Shown here: positions 40,232 through 49,898 of the stretch, one piece after another
Layout: each line of letters starts with the position of its first letter
How positions within the stretch are numbered: position 1 is the first letter of the stretch
Assembly (NCBI GenBank): GCA_964409245.1
Contig: CAYPCQ010000017.1
Coordinates: 21,765-85,764 of the forward strand
From: an uncultured Verrucomicrobiota bacterium
Lineage (GTDB): Bacteria; Verrucomicrobiota; Verrucomicrobiia; Limisphaerales; UBA1319
Reading direction: 5' to 3'
DNA: 64,000 nt
The notes under the pieces: generated by a model
What the model was told of the DNA's origin: nothing
The model's database searches: none
What the model saw: the letters and a program-made list of their open reading frames with translations, nothing else
Made by a program: the position numbers and the translations under genes

Positions 40232-41107
40232 TCAACTCCACTTGATAAAAGTAATTTTCCCATCTTCCTCCCGGTTGCCAGCACAGGCGTGCATGGTCAA
40301 GGAAACCCCGGCCGGCTGGAATTGCGCTTCCATCCAGCCAATCGCATCGCGATCAGAAAAGTTGTAGGCCGTTGAAGGGAGGTTGATTAATTGGATGCCG
40401 TCGTGCTCCGAGAGCTTCCAAGTGTGCGAATGGCCAAAGATGATCGCTTTGATGTGACGGTGGGGACGCAGCAGGGAAAATAGCCGGTCAGTGTCCAGCA
40501 AATCGCCATCGTCATCGCCCAGGGTGTGGTGCACCGCCAGGACCAGGGGGCGATCTTCAAAGCGCCCCAAGTTGCTGGCGAGCCAAAGTCTTTGCTGGCG
40601 TCCCAGCAGGCCGGCCACTTTGTTCGATGTGAACAAGGAATCAAGAACCAGGATGCGCACCACGGGATGCTCCAGCAGTGTGAGATGGCGATCCTGAACT
40701 TTGGGATGGTTTGCTGGCGATGTATTTTGGAAAACCTTAAGAAACTGGGTTCGGTCGTCATGGTTGCCGAGTCCGATATAAACGGGCATCTGGCTGGCCA
40801 ATGGTTCCAGGAGGGTTTTGGCCTCGCGGTAATCCTCAGGCTTTCCTTCAAGCCGCGCCAGGTCGCCGCTGATAACCACCCCTGCTGGGTGCGCCGCAGC
40901 CACCGCCGGGATGATATCTTTAAGGCTCTGCCACGGATTAAAGCCCCGGTAACCGTTTTTTCGGTCGCCGGGGATGTGAGTATCGGACAGCAAGGCCAAA
41001 TGGAGTTGGGATGATTCCTCTGCTGCCGCTGCGGCCCCGGGCAGTTTCAGTGCTGAAACCACGGCGCCTCCCAACAGAGTGGTCGTGATAAAACTCCGGC
41101 GGTCCAT
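40232..41107 (-). CDS. Tat-signal metallophosphoesterase
   Basis: MDRRSFITTTLLGGAVV Tat motif (start at reverse-strand ATG 41107-41105). Contains LSDTH, GDLA, GNHD, HH and GHSH calcineurin-like motifs. Confidence 0.8.
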   Translation of the reverse strand: MDRRSFITTTLLGGAVVSALKLPGAAAAAEESSQLHLALLSDTHIPGDRKNGYRGFNPWQSLKDIIPAVAAAHPAGVVISGDLARLEGKPEDYREAKTLLEPLASQMPVYIGLGNHDDRTQFLKVFQNTSPANHPKVQDRHLTLLEHPVVRILVLDSLFTSNKVAGLLGRQQRLWLASNLGRFEDRPLVLAVHHTLGDDDGDLLDTDRLFSLLRPHRHIKAIIFGHSHTWKLSEHDGIQLINLPSTAYNFSDRDAIGWMEAQFQPAGVSLTMHACAGNREEDGKITFIKWS

Positions 41108-41241
41108 CGGTTTATAAAAAATACCAGGCATAAGCTTGTGTTCTGTTTTCGCTCCAACCACTTTCATCCAGCCGGGCGTTAAAGCAAGCTGGTTTTGACC
41201 CGTTTGCACAGGTTCACAGAGTGGTTTTCCGGCCTGGCTAT

Positions 41242-41871
41242 TCAAAAAGCCGCCACCGCACGAATCGGTGATCCGTCCAGACCTTGGAAGGGCAGGGGAA
41301 AGCCTATGAAAGTGAACTCGTCCGGAACGAGATCCAGGTTCGCCAGGCCTTCCACCAGGACCGTTTCAGCCTCCCGGGCCAGGAAGATTTGGTGGATTGC
41401 CTGCCAATCGGGTCCGGGTGAAGGCATATCCATGCCTAATAAACGTATTTTCCGGGAGACCAGGTAGCGGCAGGCGGCCAGGGACAGGCTGGGGGCACTG
41501 GTGAAATAGCCCGGCTGTCCTTGGGCCTTGTCCCAACCGGTGGCCAGAATGATTTTGGCTTCGGATTGGAGTTCGGATTCAAATGGGGACAGGTCTTCAA
41601 AACGGATTGTCCCGCCCGCCTTCCTTGGTAGCCGCAGAACGCGCGCGGGACCGTAAAACCAGCCCAAGGGCATTTGATCGATGGTTCGGCCATCAGAAAA
41701 TATATGATGCATCGCATCCAGGTGTGTTCCCTGGTGGGAACCGATGCAGATCCGGCTTACGTTACAACCGGTGGCGGCGATGGAACTGTGCTCCGTGACG
41801 ATTAGTTCAGGGTCACCTGGATAGGCGGGTTGCCCTTGAGCCAGTGGATGCGATAAATCGATTAATGGCAT
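41242..41871 (-). CDS. cyclase family protein (arylformamidase/kynurenine formamidase-like)
   Basis: MPLIDLSHPL and GSHQGTHLDAMHH (HxGTHxDxxxH). Start at reverse-strand ATG 41871-41869. Confidence 0.8.
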   Translation of the reverse strand: MPLIDLSHPLAQGQPAYPGDPELIVTEHSSIAATGCNVSRICIGSHQGTHLDAMHHIFSDGRTIDQMPLGWFYGPARVLRLPRKAGGTIRFEDLSPFESELQSEAKIILATGWDKAQGQPGYFTSAPSLSLAACRYLVSRKIRLLGMDMPSPGPDWQAIHQIFLAREAETVLVEGLANLDLVPDEFTFIGFPLPFQGLDGSPIRAVAAF

Positions 41872-42125
41872 GGGGTAGTAATAGTTTTTATCGGCTGGGC
41901 CGTCAAACAGAGAGCCCACGACAACCAAAGAACCGTGTGAATCCTGAAGGAACCGCGGTTTGAGCAGCTTCGGTTAAAACAGTGGTTCCTCCAGGCTGCT
42001 GGATCGGGTTGTGACCGGATTATGACCATCATTGCATTGATTGGATGGTTTTGTGAAGATCCTCGCCGGCATATGTAACCGGACGCCGGGGAGGCGTGTC
42101 GTAATCGGCAGGCACGCTCCGGCGG

Positions 42126-42833
42126 GTGAATGGTAAATTTGTTATTATGGGTCAAAAAGACATTTTATTGGAGTCCTTGTATATGCAGTTCAGCAAAGCG
42201 GAACTGCCTTGGTTCATTTCCAACCTGATTCTGGCGGCGGTCCTTTCTTACCTGCTGGGCCGGATCTATGTGCGGTTTGGCTTTGCGCTCTCCAATCGCG
42301 ATCTGTTCGCGCGCAATTTTGTTCTGCTCACGACCACCACGATGCTCATCATCACCGTCGTCCAATCATCGTTGGCGCTCTCGCTTGGGCTGGTTGGGGC
42401 GCTTTCGATCATCCGCTTTCGATCAGCGATCAAGGAACCCGAGGAACTCAGCTTCTTGTTTCTGGCCATGGCCATCGGCTTGGGGCTGGGAGCCAAGCAA
42501 ATGGCGGTCACCGTTTCGGGCTTCGTGGTCCTGGTGGGCATCGTTATCCTGAAAGCCTGGCTGGCCAAGCCTTCCAACCAGCCCAACCTTTACCTCACCA
42601 TCAACTCCGAATCCCCAGGCAGCATCACCTTGCCGCGAATCATGGAAACTTTGCAGCAGCATAGCTCCAACGCCATGCTCAAGCGTTTTGACGAATCCCC
42701 GGCTTCGGTGGAGGCCTGCTTCCTGGCCAATTTCAAGAGTGTCCAGCATGTACACCTCTGCACTGAACAGCTGCGCGCCTTGGGCAAGGACATCAAGATC
42801 AGTTTCCTTGAGGAACGCGGGATTGGCGCTTAA
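42126..42833 (+). CDS. DUF4956 domain membrane protein
   Basis: The LSYLLGRIY...LGLVGALSIIRFRSAIKEPEELSFLF..AIGLGLG core is typical of DUF4956. The start is ambiguous (GTG 42126, ATG 42147 or ATG 42183). Confidence 0.75.
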   Translation: MNGKFVIMGQKDILLESLYMQFSKAELPWFISNLILAAVLSYLLGRIYVRFGFALSNRDLFARNFVLLTTTTMLIITVVQSSLALSLGLVGALSIIRFRSAIKEPEELSFLFLAMAIGLGLGAKQMAVTVSGFVVLVGIVILKAWLAKPSNQPNLYLTINSESPGSITLPRIMETLQQHSSNAMLKRFDESPASVEACFLANFKSVQHVHLCTEQLRALGKDIKISFLEERGIGA

Positions 42834-42855
42834 CTCGTTCCCCCGCTTCTTTGCC

Positions 42856-43545
42856 ATGTCCCAGGCTGACGGTCCCCAATATCGCTACGAGCGCAAGCTG
42901 GTTTGCGAGAATGTCAAACTATCGGAAGCTTTGCTTTGGATCAGGCTCAATCCCGCGATGTTTCGCACGGTTTTCCCGCCACGGCATATCAATAATATCT
43001 ACCTCGATTCGCCCGGCCTGGGGCATTATTTTGAGAACAAGGCGGGGGCTTCCAATCGCACTAAAGTTCGCATCCGCTGGTATGGGCCATTATTGGGCCG
43101 CGTGGCCTCGCCCATTTTGGAATTCAAACGCAAACATGGTTTGCTCGGCACCAAGGATTCCTTTCCGCTGCCACCCTTTTCACTGGAGAATGGGTTGGAA
43201 TTCCGGGCTTTGATGGCGGCTTTTAAGAAGTCCGGTTTGCACCCTCAGGCCGCTGCCGCGCTTGCCTCTGAGGAGCCATCTTTGGTGAATCGTTACCACC
43301 GCCATTATTACCTTTCGGCGGACGGCGCTTTCCGTCTCACCTTGGATTCGGGCCTGGAGTATCACCCGGTTTCCCTGACGGATGGTAGTTGGCAATGCTC
43401 GGGGATAAAATCCAGCATCTTGGTGGTGGAGCTAAAATATGACCGGAAGGCGGCTCCGATGGCGGACCGCATCGCCAATAGTTTCCCCACCCGGCTCACC
43501 CGGATGTCCAAATATTGCTCCGGCATTGAAGCCATCCACGGGTGA
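42856..43545 (+). CDS. VTC-domain (polyphosphate polymerase-like) protein
   Basis: The YRYERKL...INNIYLDSP...RIRWYG...LEFKRK...VELKYD pattern belongs to the CYTH/VTC tunnel fold. Start at ATG 42856 (MSQADG). Confidence 0.75.
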   Translation: MSQADGPQYRYERKLVCENVKLSEALLWIRLNPAMFRTVFPPRHINNIYLDSPGLGHYFENKAGASNRTKVRIRWYGPLLGRVASPILEFKRKHGLLGTKDSFPLPPFSLENGLEFRALMAAFKKSGLHPQAAAALASEEPSLVNRYHRHYYLSADGAFRLTLDSGLEYHPVSLTDGSWQCSGIKSSILVVELKYDRKAAPMADRIANSFPTRLTRMSKYCSGIEAIHG

Positions 43546-43607
43546 GAATTCAAACTTGCCCGGTTTTTTTCAGTTGGCCCACGCCGTTTGACACTGTTTT
43601 GGGGGTT

Positions 43608-44099
43608 TTATTTCAAGTCGGAATGCCGGAGGAGGATTTCCACCAAGCTCTCCAGTCCTGCTTGATCGACGGGGTCGAAGTGCTTCAGGATCGGACTATC
43701 GAGATCCAGCACTCCCCATAGGCAGCCATCTTTTATCAGCGGCACAACTATTTCTGATCGGGAAGCGGAATCGCAGGCAATATGCCCGGGGAATTCATGG
43801 ACATTTTCAACCAAGACGGTCCGCCTCCGGGATGCTGCCGCGCTGCAAACTCCCTTGCCGTGTGGAATGCGCACACAAGCGGGTTTGCCTTGGAACGGAC
43901 CCAGCACCAAGCCGTCATCATCCGCGCGGTAGAAGCCCGCCCAATTTAAGCCTGGCAAGGAGTGGAATAACAGCGAAGCGCAATTAGCGGCATTGGCGAT
44001 AAAATCCGATTCCCCGGCGAACAGAGCTTCAGCTTGGCTGGCCAGGCGCCGATACCAGGTGGATTTGTCCTCGCCGCAGTTGGTTTCAATGACGAACAT
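43608..44099 (-). CDS. msrC: GAF-domain free methionine-(R)-sulfoxide reductase
   Basis: 163 aa. WAGFY, GKGVCSAAA and EFPGHIACDSASRSEIVVPL match the YebR/MsrC pattern. Confidence 0.75.
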   Translation of the reverse strand: MFVIETNCGEDKSTWYRRLASQAEALFAGESDFIANAANCASLLFHSLPGLNWAGFYRADDDGLVLGPFQGKPACVRIPHGKGVCSAAASRRRTVLVENVHEFPGHIACDSASRSEIVVPLIKDGCLWGVLDLDSPILKHFDPVDQAGLESLVEILLRHSDLK

Positions 44100-44139
44100 A
44101 AACTAAGTTCCATTAGCGCAGGAGGCAACGTGTGCTGAA

Positions 44140-45585
44140 TCACTCGGTGAACTGGAGCGCAAACAAGTCCGCATCTTTTAGATGAAACCGAAGGCGCACT
44201 GGTTTGCCCGCCCAAGGTGCAAGGTTTCCACCATCCTTCCAGGCCACGGTCCGGTTGATTTCATCGCCAATGATTTCCGGGCAGTCTTGCAAGGCGAATC
44301 CCGGTTGGGCTCGGCCGCTGGCATCCTGTAATTCCACCCTGACGCTGCCTGCGGCCGAGGTGGAGTAATTGAGGGCCAGTTTTCGGCCGGTGAAAACCAA
44401 CGGCTTGGTGATCATTTCACCACCTGCGTATGGGCCATTGACGGAGACAAAACCGTCCATCCGCAGACTATATCGGCGCAAATGGATGGTCGGGTAACCC
44501 AAGTTATGGTTCACAAAAATGGATAATTCATTGGTTCCGGCGGGGATGATGCCATGCACGGCATAATTGGCGCGCGAGGTCCAATTGCGAATATCCAAAC
44601 CGGGCCGGATGAAGGCGTCCATGAATGTTCGCTGAAAATCGCCACCACCGCGGGTGGATGTCAGCACAATATCTGCGCAATCGTTCCGGAAATCGAATGC
44701 GATGGAGGTGCCGGCCGCCTTTGCCTGGCTTTCGGTCAAAACCCGCCGGCCCGGCATAAACCGGGTGGACAGTCCCAAATATATGTGCGGCGTTCTGGAA
44801 TAGGGCTGGATTTGGTTCGTGTAAAGGTGCTCCAAGGGGTTTTCCCCCGCTTCCATGTCCACCGGGGCAGTCCAATGAACAAAATCGTGGGAAGTGGTGC
44901 GGCTGATCCAGCGCACACCGTTTTTAAAAATGCGGAAATAGCACACATAGCATCCCTCTACAGCCGACCAAAATGAGACATTTTGGGAATCGAAAGCACC
45001 CCGGGTGAAGACTGGCTCCTTTTGCAATTCGGTCCAGTGAATGCCATCCGGGGAAACCAAGGCGATCAAGCCCGGTTCGCCGGTTCCTCCCAAAGCCTTA
45101 TATCGCTGCGCGGGGACTGCCTGGGGATTGGTATCCAGAAAAGGCGAGAAGTTGTGGCAGGCCCGGTGCCGGGCCAGCACCACATTATTGGCTCGCGTGC
45201 CGCGCACATTGAACAAGCCCAGTGGCGGCTTTTCCCAGTCTATCCCGTTTTTGCTTTCGGCATAGCATGTGACTTCGGTGTCCAAGTCGTGCCTTGCTTC
45301 AGGCATGCCGCGATAATAAAGGCGGTATTTCCCATCGTCTTGGATGAGGGTGAAATAGGCGCAATACACACCTTCCCAAGGTTCTGTGAATTCGAGAACT
45401 TTTTCCTGCGGCTGAGGGGTGTGCAAAACTAGTCGGGCACCCGCCAATTGATCGATCAGAAATCGATCCACAAACAACTCCCGGCGTGAATCGATCCGTG
45501 CCGTTTCCGAAGCTCCAACCATGCCTTGGGCTAAAAACAACCAGCCAGCCAGGCCCGCACGGATTTGAAAATAAGGAGTTCTCAT
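44140..45585 (-). CDS. secreted hypothetical protein, beta-propeller glycoside-hydrolase-like
   Basis: The signal peptide MRTPYFQIRAGLAGWLFLAQGMVGA follows ATG 45585; the track ORF opens at TTG 45621. Repeated W/Y-rich beta-strand motifs resemble GH43/32-clan proteins. The function call is weak. Confidence 0.55.
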   Translation of the reverse strand: MRTPYFQIRAGLAGWLFLAQGMVGASETARIDSRRELFVDRFLIDQLAGARLVLHTPQPQEKVLEFTEPWEGVYCAYFTLIQDDGKYRLYYRGMPEARHDLDTEVTCYAESKNGIDWEKPPLGLFNVRGTRANNVVLARHRACHNFSPFLDTNPQAVPAQRYKALGGTGEPGLIALVSPDGIHWTELQKEPVFTRGAFDSQNVSFWSAVEGCYVCYFRIFKNGVRWISRTTSHDFVHWTAPVDMEAGENPLEHLYTNQIQPYSRTPHIYLGLSTRFMPGRRVLTESQAKAAGTSIAFDFRNDCADIVLTSTRGGGDFQRTFMDAFIRPGLDIRNWTSRANYAVHGIIPAGTNELSIFVNHNLGYPTIHLRRYSLRMDGFVSVNGPYAGGEMITKPLVFTGRKLALNYSTSAAGSVRVELQDASGRAQPGFALQDCPEIIGDEINRTVAWKDGGNLAPWAGKPVRLRFHLKDADLFALQFTE

Positions 45586-45651
45586 AATCCATGCTCTACC
45601 CGCGAATCGTCCCTGATTCAATTAAAAAGTCGGCAGCTTTGCGCTCCGCCC

Positions 45652-45696
45652 AAAAAAACTCGCCGCGAAACGCATAAAACGAATTACGCGGCGAGT
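45652..45696 (-). terminator. orphan reverse-strand intrinsic terminator
   Basis: 10-bp stem ACTCGCCGCG (45658-45667) / CGCGGCGAGT (45687-45696) with a 19-nt loop. On the reverse strand it is followed by T7 (45658-45652). No annotated reverse-strand gene ends here. Confidence 0.7.
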
Positions 45697-45886
45697 TTGA
45701 CCTGTTGGGCGACAAGAAATCAGGGATTTCTATTTAGATCAATCCATCATAAAATGGATGACTTTCAACGAGCAATTGATGTGCCAAAGCTGCAAGGTGA
45801 AAATGGAATAATACCGCAACCATCACAGCTTGAATGAGTAATGTAAAAAATGAATTTTCAGCAGCCTTGGCACTCTGGCCGTTTTT

Positions 45887-46016
45887 CTGTAAAACATCCC
45901 GACAATTTCCTGGCCAGGCCCCAGTTGCGGTTCCTCACAATTTCGTAACCTGTTTATATGCAGAAAGTTATGATCGTGTGGTGACTTGAATATCGACTGT
46001 AAAACATTCTGACAAT
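45887..46016. repeat. pair of 20-nt direct repeats CTGTAAAACATYCYGACAAT (45887-45906, 45997-46016)
   Basis: 18/20 identical, 110 nt apart, inside the AT-rich non-coding gap. Confidence 0.6.
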
Positions 46017-46369
46017 ATATCAGCAGGTTCGGCTCAGCCAGCACTTTGGTTTTCAAAAGTCCCTTAAAGGCAACAAGTTGCAATTGGGTATGGGGAGGTT
46101 CCCTGGAGTGTAAAGTTATCCGGCAAAAAAATCCCGGCGAGTTTGTGTTTTTGCGTAATTAACTGTAGCATAACAGTTTGCGAGCGAATTTTGGGAGAGG
46201 TGGGCAGGGTCATTTTTCCCCGGAAACCTCTGAACGGAATGGGAAATGACCAGTTCCATTAGACCGGGTACAATAGCGAGAAAAATTGTGGCACGCAAAA
46301 TGAAAAGCAATCATTGTACCAACTTCTTGCTTGAGGCGGTACGGCCTTTTAGGGTAAATTTAAACCCAT

Positions 46370-47875
46370 ATGGCGCAGGGTCTGTATTTATCACAGAAAA
46401 TGCAACTGTCGCAGGTGCTGGCACCGCAACTGCAACAGTCGCTAGCCTTGCTGCAGGCTCCCACCTTGGAACTCAAGGCGTTGGTTGAGCAGGAACTCCA
46501 GCAGAATCCGGTGCTGGAAGAAATTCCAACGATGGAAGTGCAAGTGGATGCTCGAGAGTCCCGGGGGGATGAGGACGCTCCCATCAATAATCAGAATGAT
46601 CCGGCTGAGCCCCCGGCGGATGTCAACGTGGATCCCACCAGTGAAAGGGGCGCCAATGAACCGGTGGATGATTTTCAAGCGGAATTCGACCGCTTGGTAC
46701 AGATGGATCAGGATTGGCGAGAGCATTTCAGTCAGACCAATGTTCCACTGCGCCAAAAGGAGGAGGACGACGAAAAACGCCAGTTTATGATGGATTCGCT
46801 GACGGTTGGCGAATCGTTGCAGGAAAACCTCCTCCAGCAGCTACGGCTTGCCGAGTTGAGCCGGAGCCAATACACCATTGCGGAAATGATCATCGGCAAT
46901 ATCGATGAGCGGGGATACCTCCAAAGCTCGGTGGATGAGCTGGCATTTTCCACCAACATCACGAAGGATAAAATCGACACGGTTCTGGCTATTATCCAAA
47001 CCTTTCATCCGCCGGGAGTGGGGGCCCGGGATCTTCGGGAATGCCTGATGCTTCAACTAGAGCGGACGGGAAAGCAGAACACGCTGGAATATGCGATTGT
47101 CAAGGATCACTTGGAAACGCTGGGCCGGAGGCGCTTTCCCGAAATAGGCAAGGCTCTTGGCACCGACGCTTCTTTAGTTCAGCAGGCTGCTGAGCGCATC
47201 AGCCATTTGGAACCGCATCCCGGCCGGGAATTTCTCCCGGACGACAACCAATATATCGTCCCGGAAATTTTTGTGCAGAAGGCGGGGGACGAATTCGTAG
47301 TCAATACCAATAACGATTACATGCCCCACCTGCGGATCAGCAACGCCTATAAGGATTTAATGTCGCAAGGGAGCAGCACCAACGAGGTGCGGGACTATAT
47401 TCGCGATAAAATCCGGGCCGGTAAATTCCTCATCAAAAGCTTGTATCAACGGCAGCAGACTATGCTGAACATCGCCAGGGAAATCGTCAAGCGCCAGCAG
47501 GATTTTCTGAAGTTTGGATCCACCCATCTTAAACCTATGACCATGCTGCAGGTGGCTGAAATCGTGGGGGTGCATGAAACCACCGTCAGTCGCGCCGTTT
47601 CCGGCAAATACATGGAAACACCGCAGGGCGTGTTTGAGCTGAAATACTTTTTCACCTCCGGCATTCAAACTACCGATGGCGTGGGCATGTCCAACACCAG
47701 CATCAAGGAGGTGCTGGTGGATATGGTGAAAAAGGAGGATGGCCGCCACCCGCTTTCCGATGACCAAATCGTGAAGATTCTCAAGGATAAGGGGATCATG
47801 ATCGCCCGCCGCACGGTTGCCAAATACCGTGCTGAACTCAATATTCTTCCCTCCACACTCCGCCGGACTTATTGA
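46370..47875 (+). CDS. rpoN: RNA polymerase sigma-54 factor
   Basis: Region I MQLSQVLAPQLQQSLALLQAPTLEL, an acidic region II, an HTH, and the RpoN box ARRTVAKYR. Confidence 0.95.
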   Translation: MAQGLYLSQKMQLSQVLAPQLQQSLALLQAPTLELKALVEQELQQNPVLEEIPTMEVQVDARESRGDEDAPINNQNDPAEPPADVNVDPTSERGANEPVDDFQAEFDRLVQMDQDWREHFSQTNVPLRQKEEDDEKRQFMMDSLTVGESLQENLLQQLRLAELSRSQYTIAEMIIGNIDERGYLQSSVDELAFSTNITKDKIDTVLAIIQTFHPPGVGARDLRECLMLQLERTGKQNTLEYAIVKDHLETLGRRRFPEIGKALGTDASLVQQAAERISHLEPHPGREFLPDDNQYIVPEIFVQKAGDEFVVNTNNDYMPHLRISNAYKDLMSQGSSTNEVRDYIRDKIRAGKFLIKSLYQRQQTMLNIAREIVKRQQDFLKFGSTHLKPMTMLQVAEIVGVHETTVSRAVSGKYMETPQGVFELKYFFTSGIQTTDGVGMSNTSIKEVLVDMVKKEDGRHPLSDDQIVKILKDKGIMIARRTVAKYRAELNILPSTLRRTY

Positions 47876-48151
47876 ACAGCCTGAGCGGTGTCCCAGCAAT
47901 TGGATCAGTCGTGCTGGCTGAATCTTTTTGTGCAAGACCTTCTTCATTAGCCACTTGCAGATCTTGGAAAAATATGTTCGCGGCTCACTTCTCTTCTTGC
48001 GCACAAATCTGCGGAGCAATTACTTCCCTCCAAAACACATGGCCACGGCTGAGCATCCGCCGTTCGCGGATTGGCTTGGGAAGATTCGCCAGGCCGAAAT
48101 GCAGCCGGGAATTTTTGCCTGTCCGCCGGGGATGGATTATGGTGGGTCAGG

Positions 48152-48364
48152 ATGACAAAGTTTTTTGCCCGTAATATCGATGTGCGTGGACGCCTGGCAC
48201 GGTTTGCCACGGCGATGGTATTGGCCTTATTGGGCGTGGTCCTCTGGCGCTACGTGGCGGTGTGGGCGGGGGTAATAACGATTCTGGCCGCCGGATTCAC
48301 CTTTTTCGAGGCGGCCCGCGGATGGTGTGTTCTGCGGGCTTGCGGCATTAAAACCAAGCTGTGA
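48152..48364 (+). CDS. DUF2892 (YgaP-like) small membrane protein
   Basis: 70 aa with two TMs. The C-terminal RGWCVLRACG motif is typical of DUF2892. Confidence 0.7.
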   Translation: MTKFFARNIDVRGRLARFATAMVLALLGVVLWRYVAVWAGVITILAAGFTFFEAARGWCVLRACGIKTKL

Positions 48365-48397
48365 ACGCCCGTTTTTCTGCCGGGCGCGGGGCGGTGG

Positions 48398-49747
48398 CTA
48401 CGTCAATTGATTGCGGTTTTCGTAAACTTTGAGGATGGCCTCAGCGATGTCATCCATGTCGGCTCGGGAGGCGAGCAGGGGACCTGAGGACCAAAGCATG
48501 ACCATTTCCTCGCACACACGGTCGCAGTTGGGGCAGCTTAGTTCATCCCGGTATTGCTGGAGACGTCCAGCGGAATACATTTTCTGGTAAACTTTGTTCC
48601 GCAGAACATGGTCCACCCACGGTTCCCGATGCAGGCCGCGCTCAATATACGGACTCAGGCTGATCCCTTCCGCATTAAGCGCTTTTAGGAACCGGCTGCG
48701 ATCCAGGTTGTTGAAGTGCTCCTTGTGGTAGCTCATGGCATAGAGATAAAAGGAACCGCTGGCCGTGCCGGGATAGAGCTTTTGGGGTGTCACCACCGGG
48801 CAGCCCTTCAGCCGTGCGGTCAGGTGGGCTGCGTTTTCATTGCGGCGGCGGAACCGTTCCTGGACCCCCGCCATCTGGGCCAGCAGGATCGCTGCTTCAA
48901 ATTCGTTCATCCGGTATTTGGGGCCGATCAATTCCGTGCGTCCGCTGCGGGCAGTGCCGTGGTTGTGAACCGTATAGCACTTGTCCATGAGTTCTTCATT
49001 GTCCCCGATGATGGCTCCGCCCTCACCGCAGGCGATGGTTTTACTGGTCTGGAAGCTGAAGCAGCCCAGCGTGCCGATGGCTCCGAGTTTTTTGCCTTGG
49101 TATTCGGACAAGTGCGCCTGGGCGGCGTCTTCGATCACCGCCAGGTTGTGCTTTTTGGCGATGGCCATGATTTTTTCCAAGTGGGCAGGCTGGCCCATCA
49201 TGTGAACGGGCATGATGGCACGGGTGTTTTCATTGATGCGACGTTCCACCTCGGCCGGGTCCAGTTGATAGGATTCGGGATCCAGGTCGGCCATCACCGG
49301 CAAGGCACGGCTGGAGAGAATCCCCGAGATGGTGCCCGGATCGGTATATGGGGAGGTAATGACTTCATCTCCAGGGCCGATACCAAGGGCTTCCACACAG
49401 GTATGGAGCGATTGGGTGCCCGAGCCGGTAGCCACGCAGAACCGGGTGCCCATCAATCGGGCGTAATCTTTTTCAAAGGTGGCCACGGCCCCGTTGGCGG
49501 ATTGGATCCGGCACCAGATGCCGCTTTTGGCCGTCTTGGTTGCGGCTTCCACCACTTGATCATCGATATGCGGCCAGTCGGGCCAGCTTTTGTTGGCCCG
49601 GATCGGTTCACCGCCCAGGATCGCCAGTTTACCGGAGGTTCGCGTAAGAACGCCGAAGGCCGGGATGGCGGTGGAGGCCACCGCCGCCACTGAGCTGGCG
49701 GCTGCTGTGGCTAAGAATTGCCGTCGATTCAAATCTTCTTTTTTCAT
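48398..49747 (-). CDS. DegT/DnrJ/EryC1/StrS-family PLP aminotransferase with twin-arginine signal
   Basis: MKKEDLNRRQFLATAAASSVAAVAS Tat motif. Contains GDEVITSPYT, IEDAAQAH, and FSFQTSKTIACGEGG (PLP-Lys). Confidence 0.85.
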   Translation of the reverse strand: MKKEDLNRRQFLATAAASSVAAVASTAIPAFGVLTRTSGKLAILGGEPIRANKSWPDWPHIDDQVVEAATKTAKSGIWCRIQSANGAVATFEKDYARLMGTRFCVATGSGTQSLHTCVEALGIGPGDEVITSPYTDPGTISGILSSRALPVMADLDPESYQLDPAEVERRINENTRAIMPVHMMGQPAHLEKIMAIAKKHNLAVIEDAAQAHLSEYQGKKLGAIGTLGCFSFQTSKTIACGEGGAIIGDNEELMDKCYTVHNHGTARSGRTELIGPKYRMNEFEAAILLAQMAGVQERFRRRNENAAHLTARLKGCPVVTPQKLYPGTASGSFYLYAMSYHKEHFNNLDRSRFLKALNAEGISLSPYIERGLHREPWVDHVLRNKVYQKMYSAGRLQQYRDELSCPNCDRVCEEMVMLWSSGPLLASRADMDDIAEAILKVYENRNQLT

Positions 49748-49898
49748 GCGCTTGGCTCCTGTTGGGATCTAATTCTCAGCGGCAAGGCTAATCCCCCCAG
49801 GAGTCTGGTTCAAGCGCATTCCTCCTATGAAAAAAGACTTTCGGGCGATGGCTTTGCGCTGTATAAATTTGGGGCCATTAAGTATTTAGCTGCCATTT

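Noticed and set aside
45823-46310. 86-aa and 64-aa reverse-strand ORFs in the AT-rich gap upstream of rpoN
   Set aside because: Their amino-acid composition is implausible and I saw no signal, TM or motif. They are treated as non-coding, although an sRNA or micro-protein cannot be excluded (see finding).
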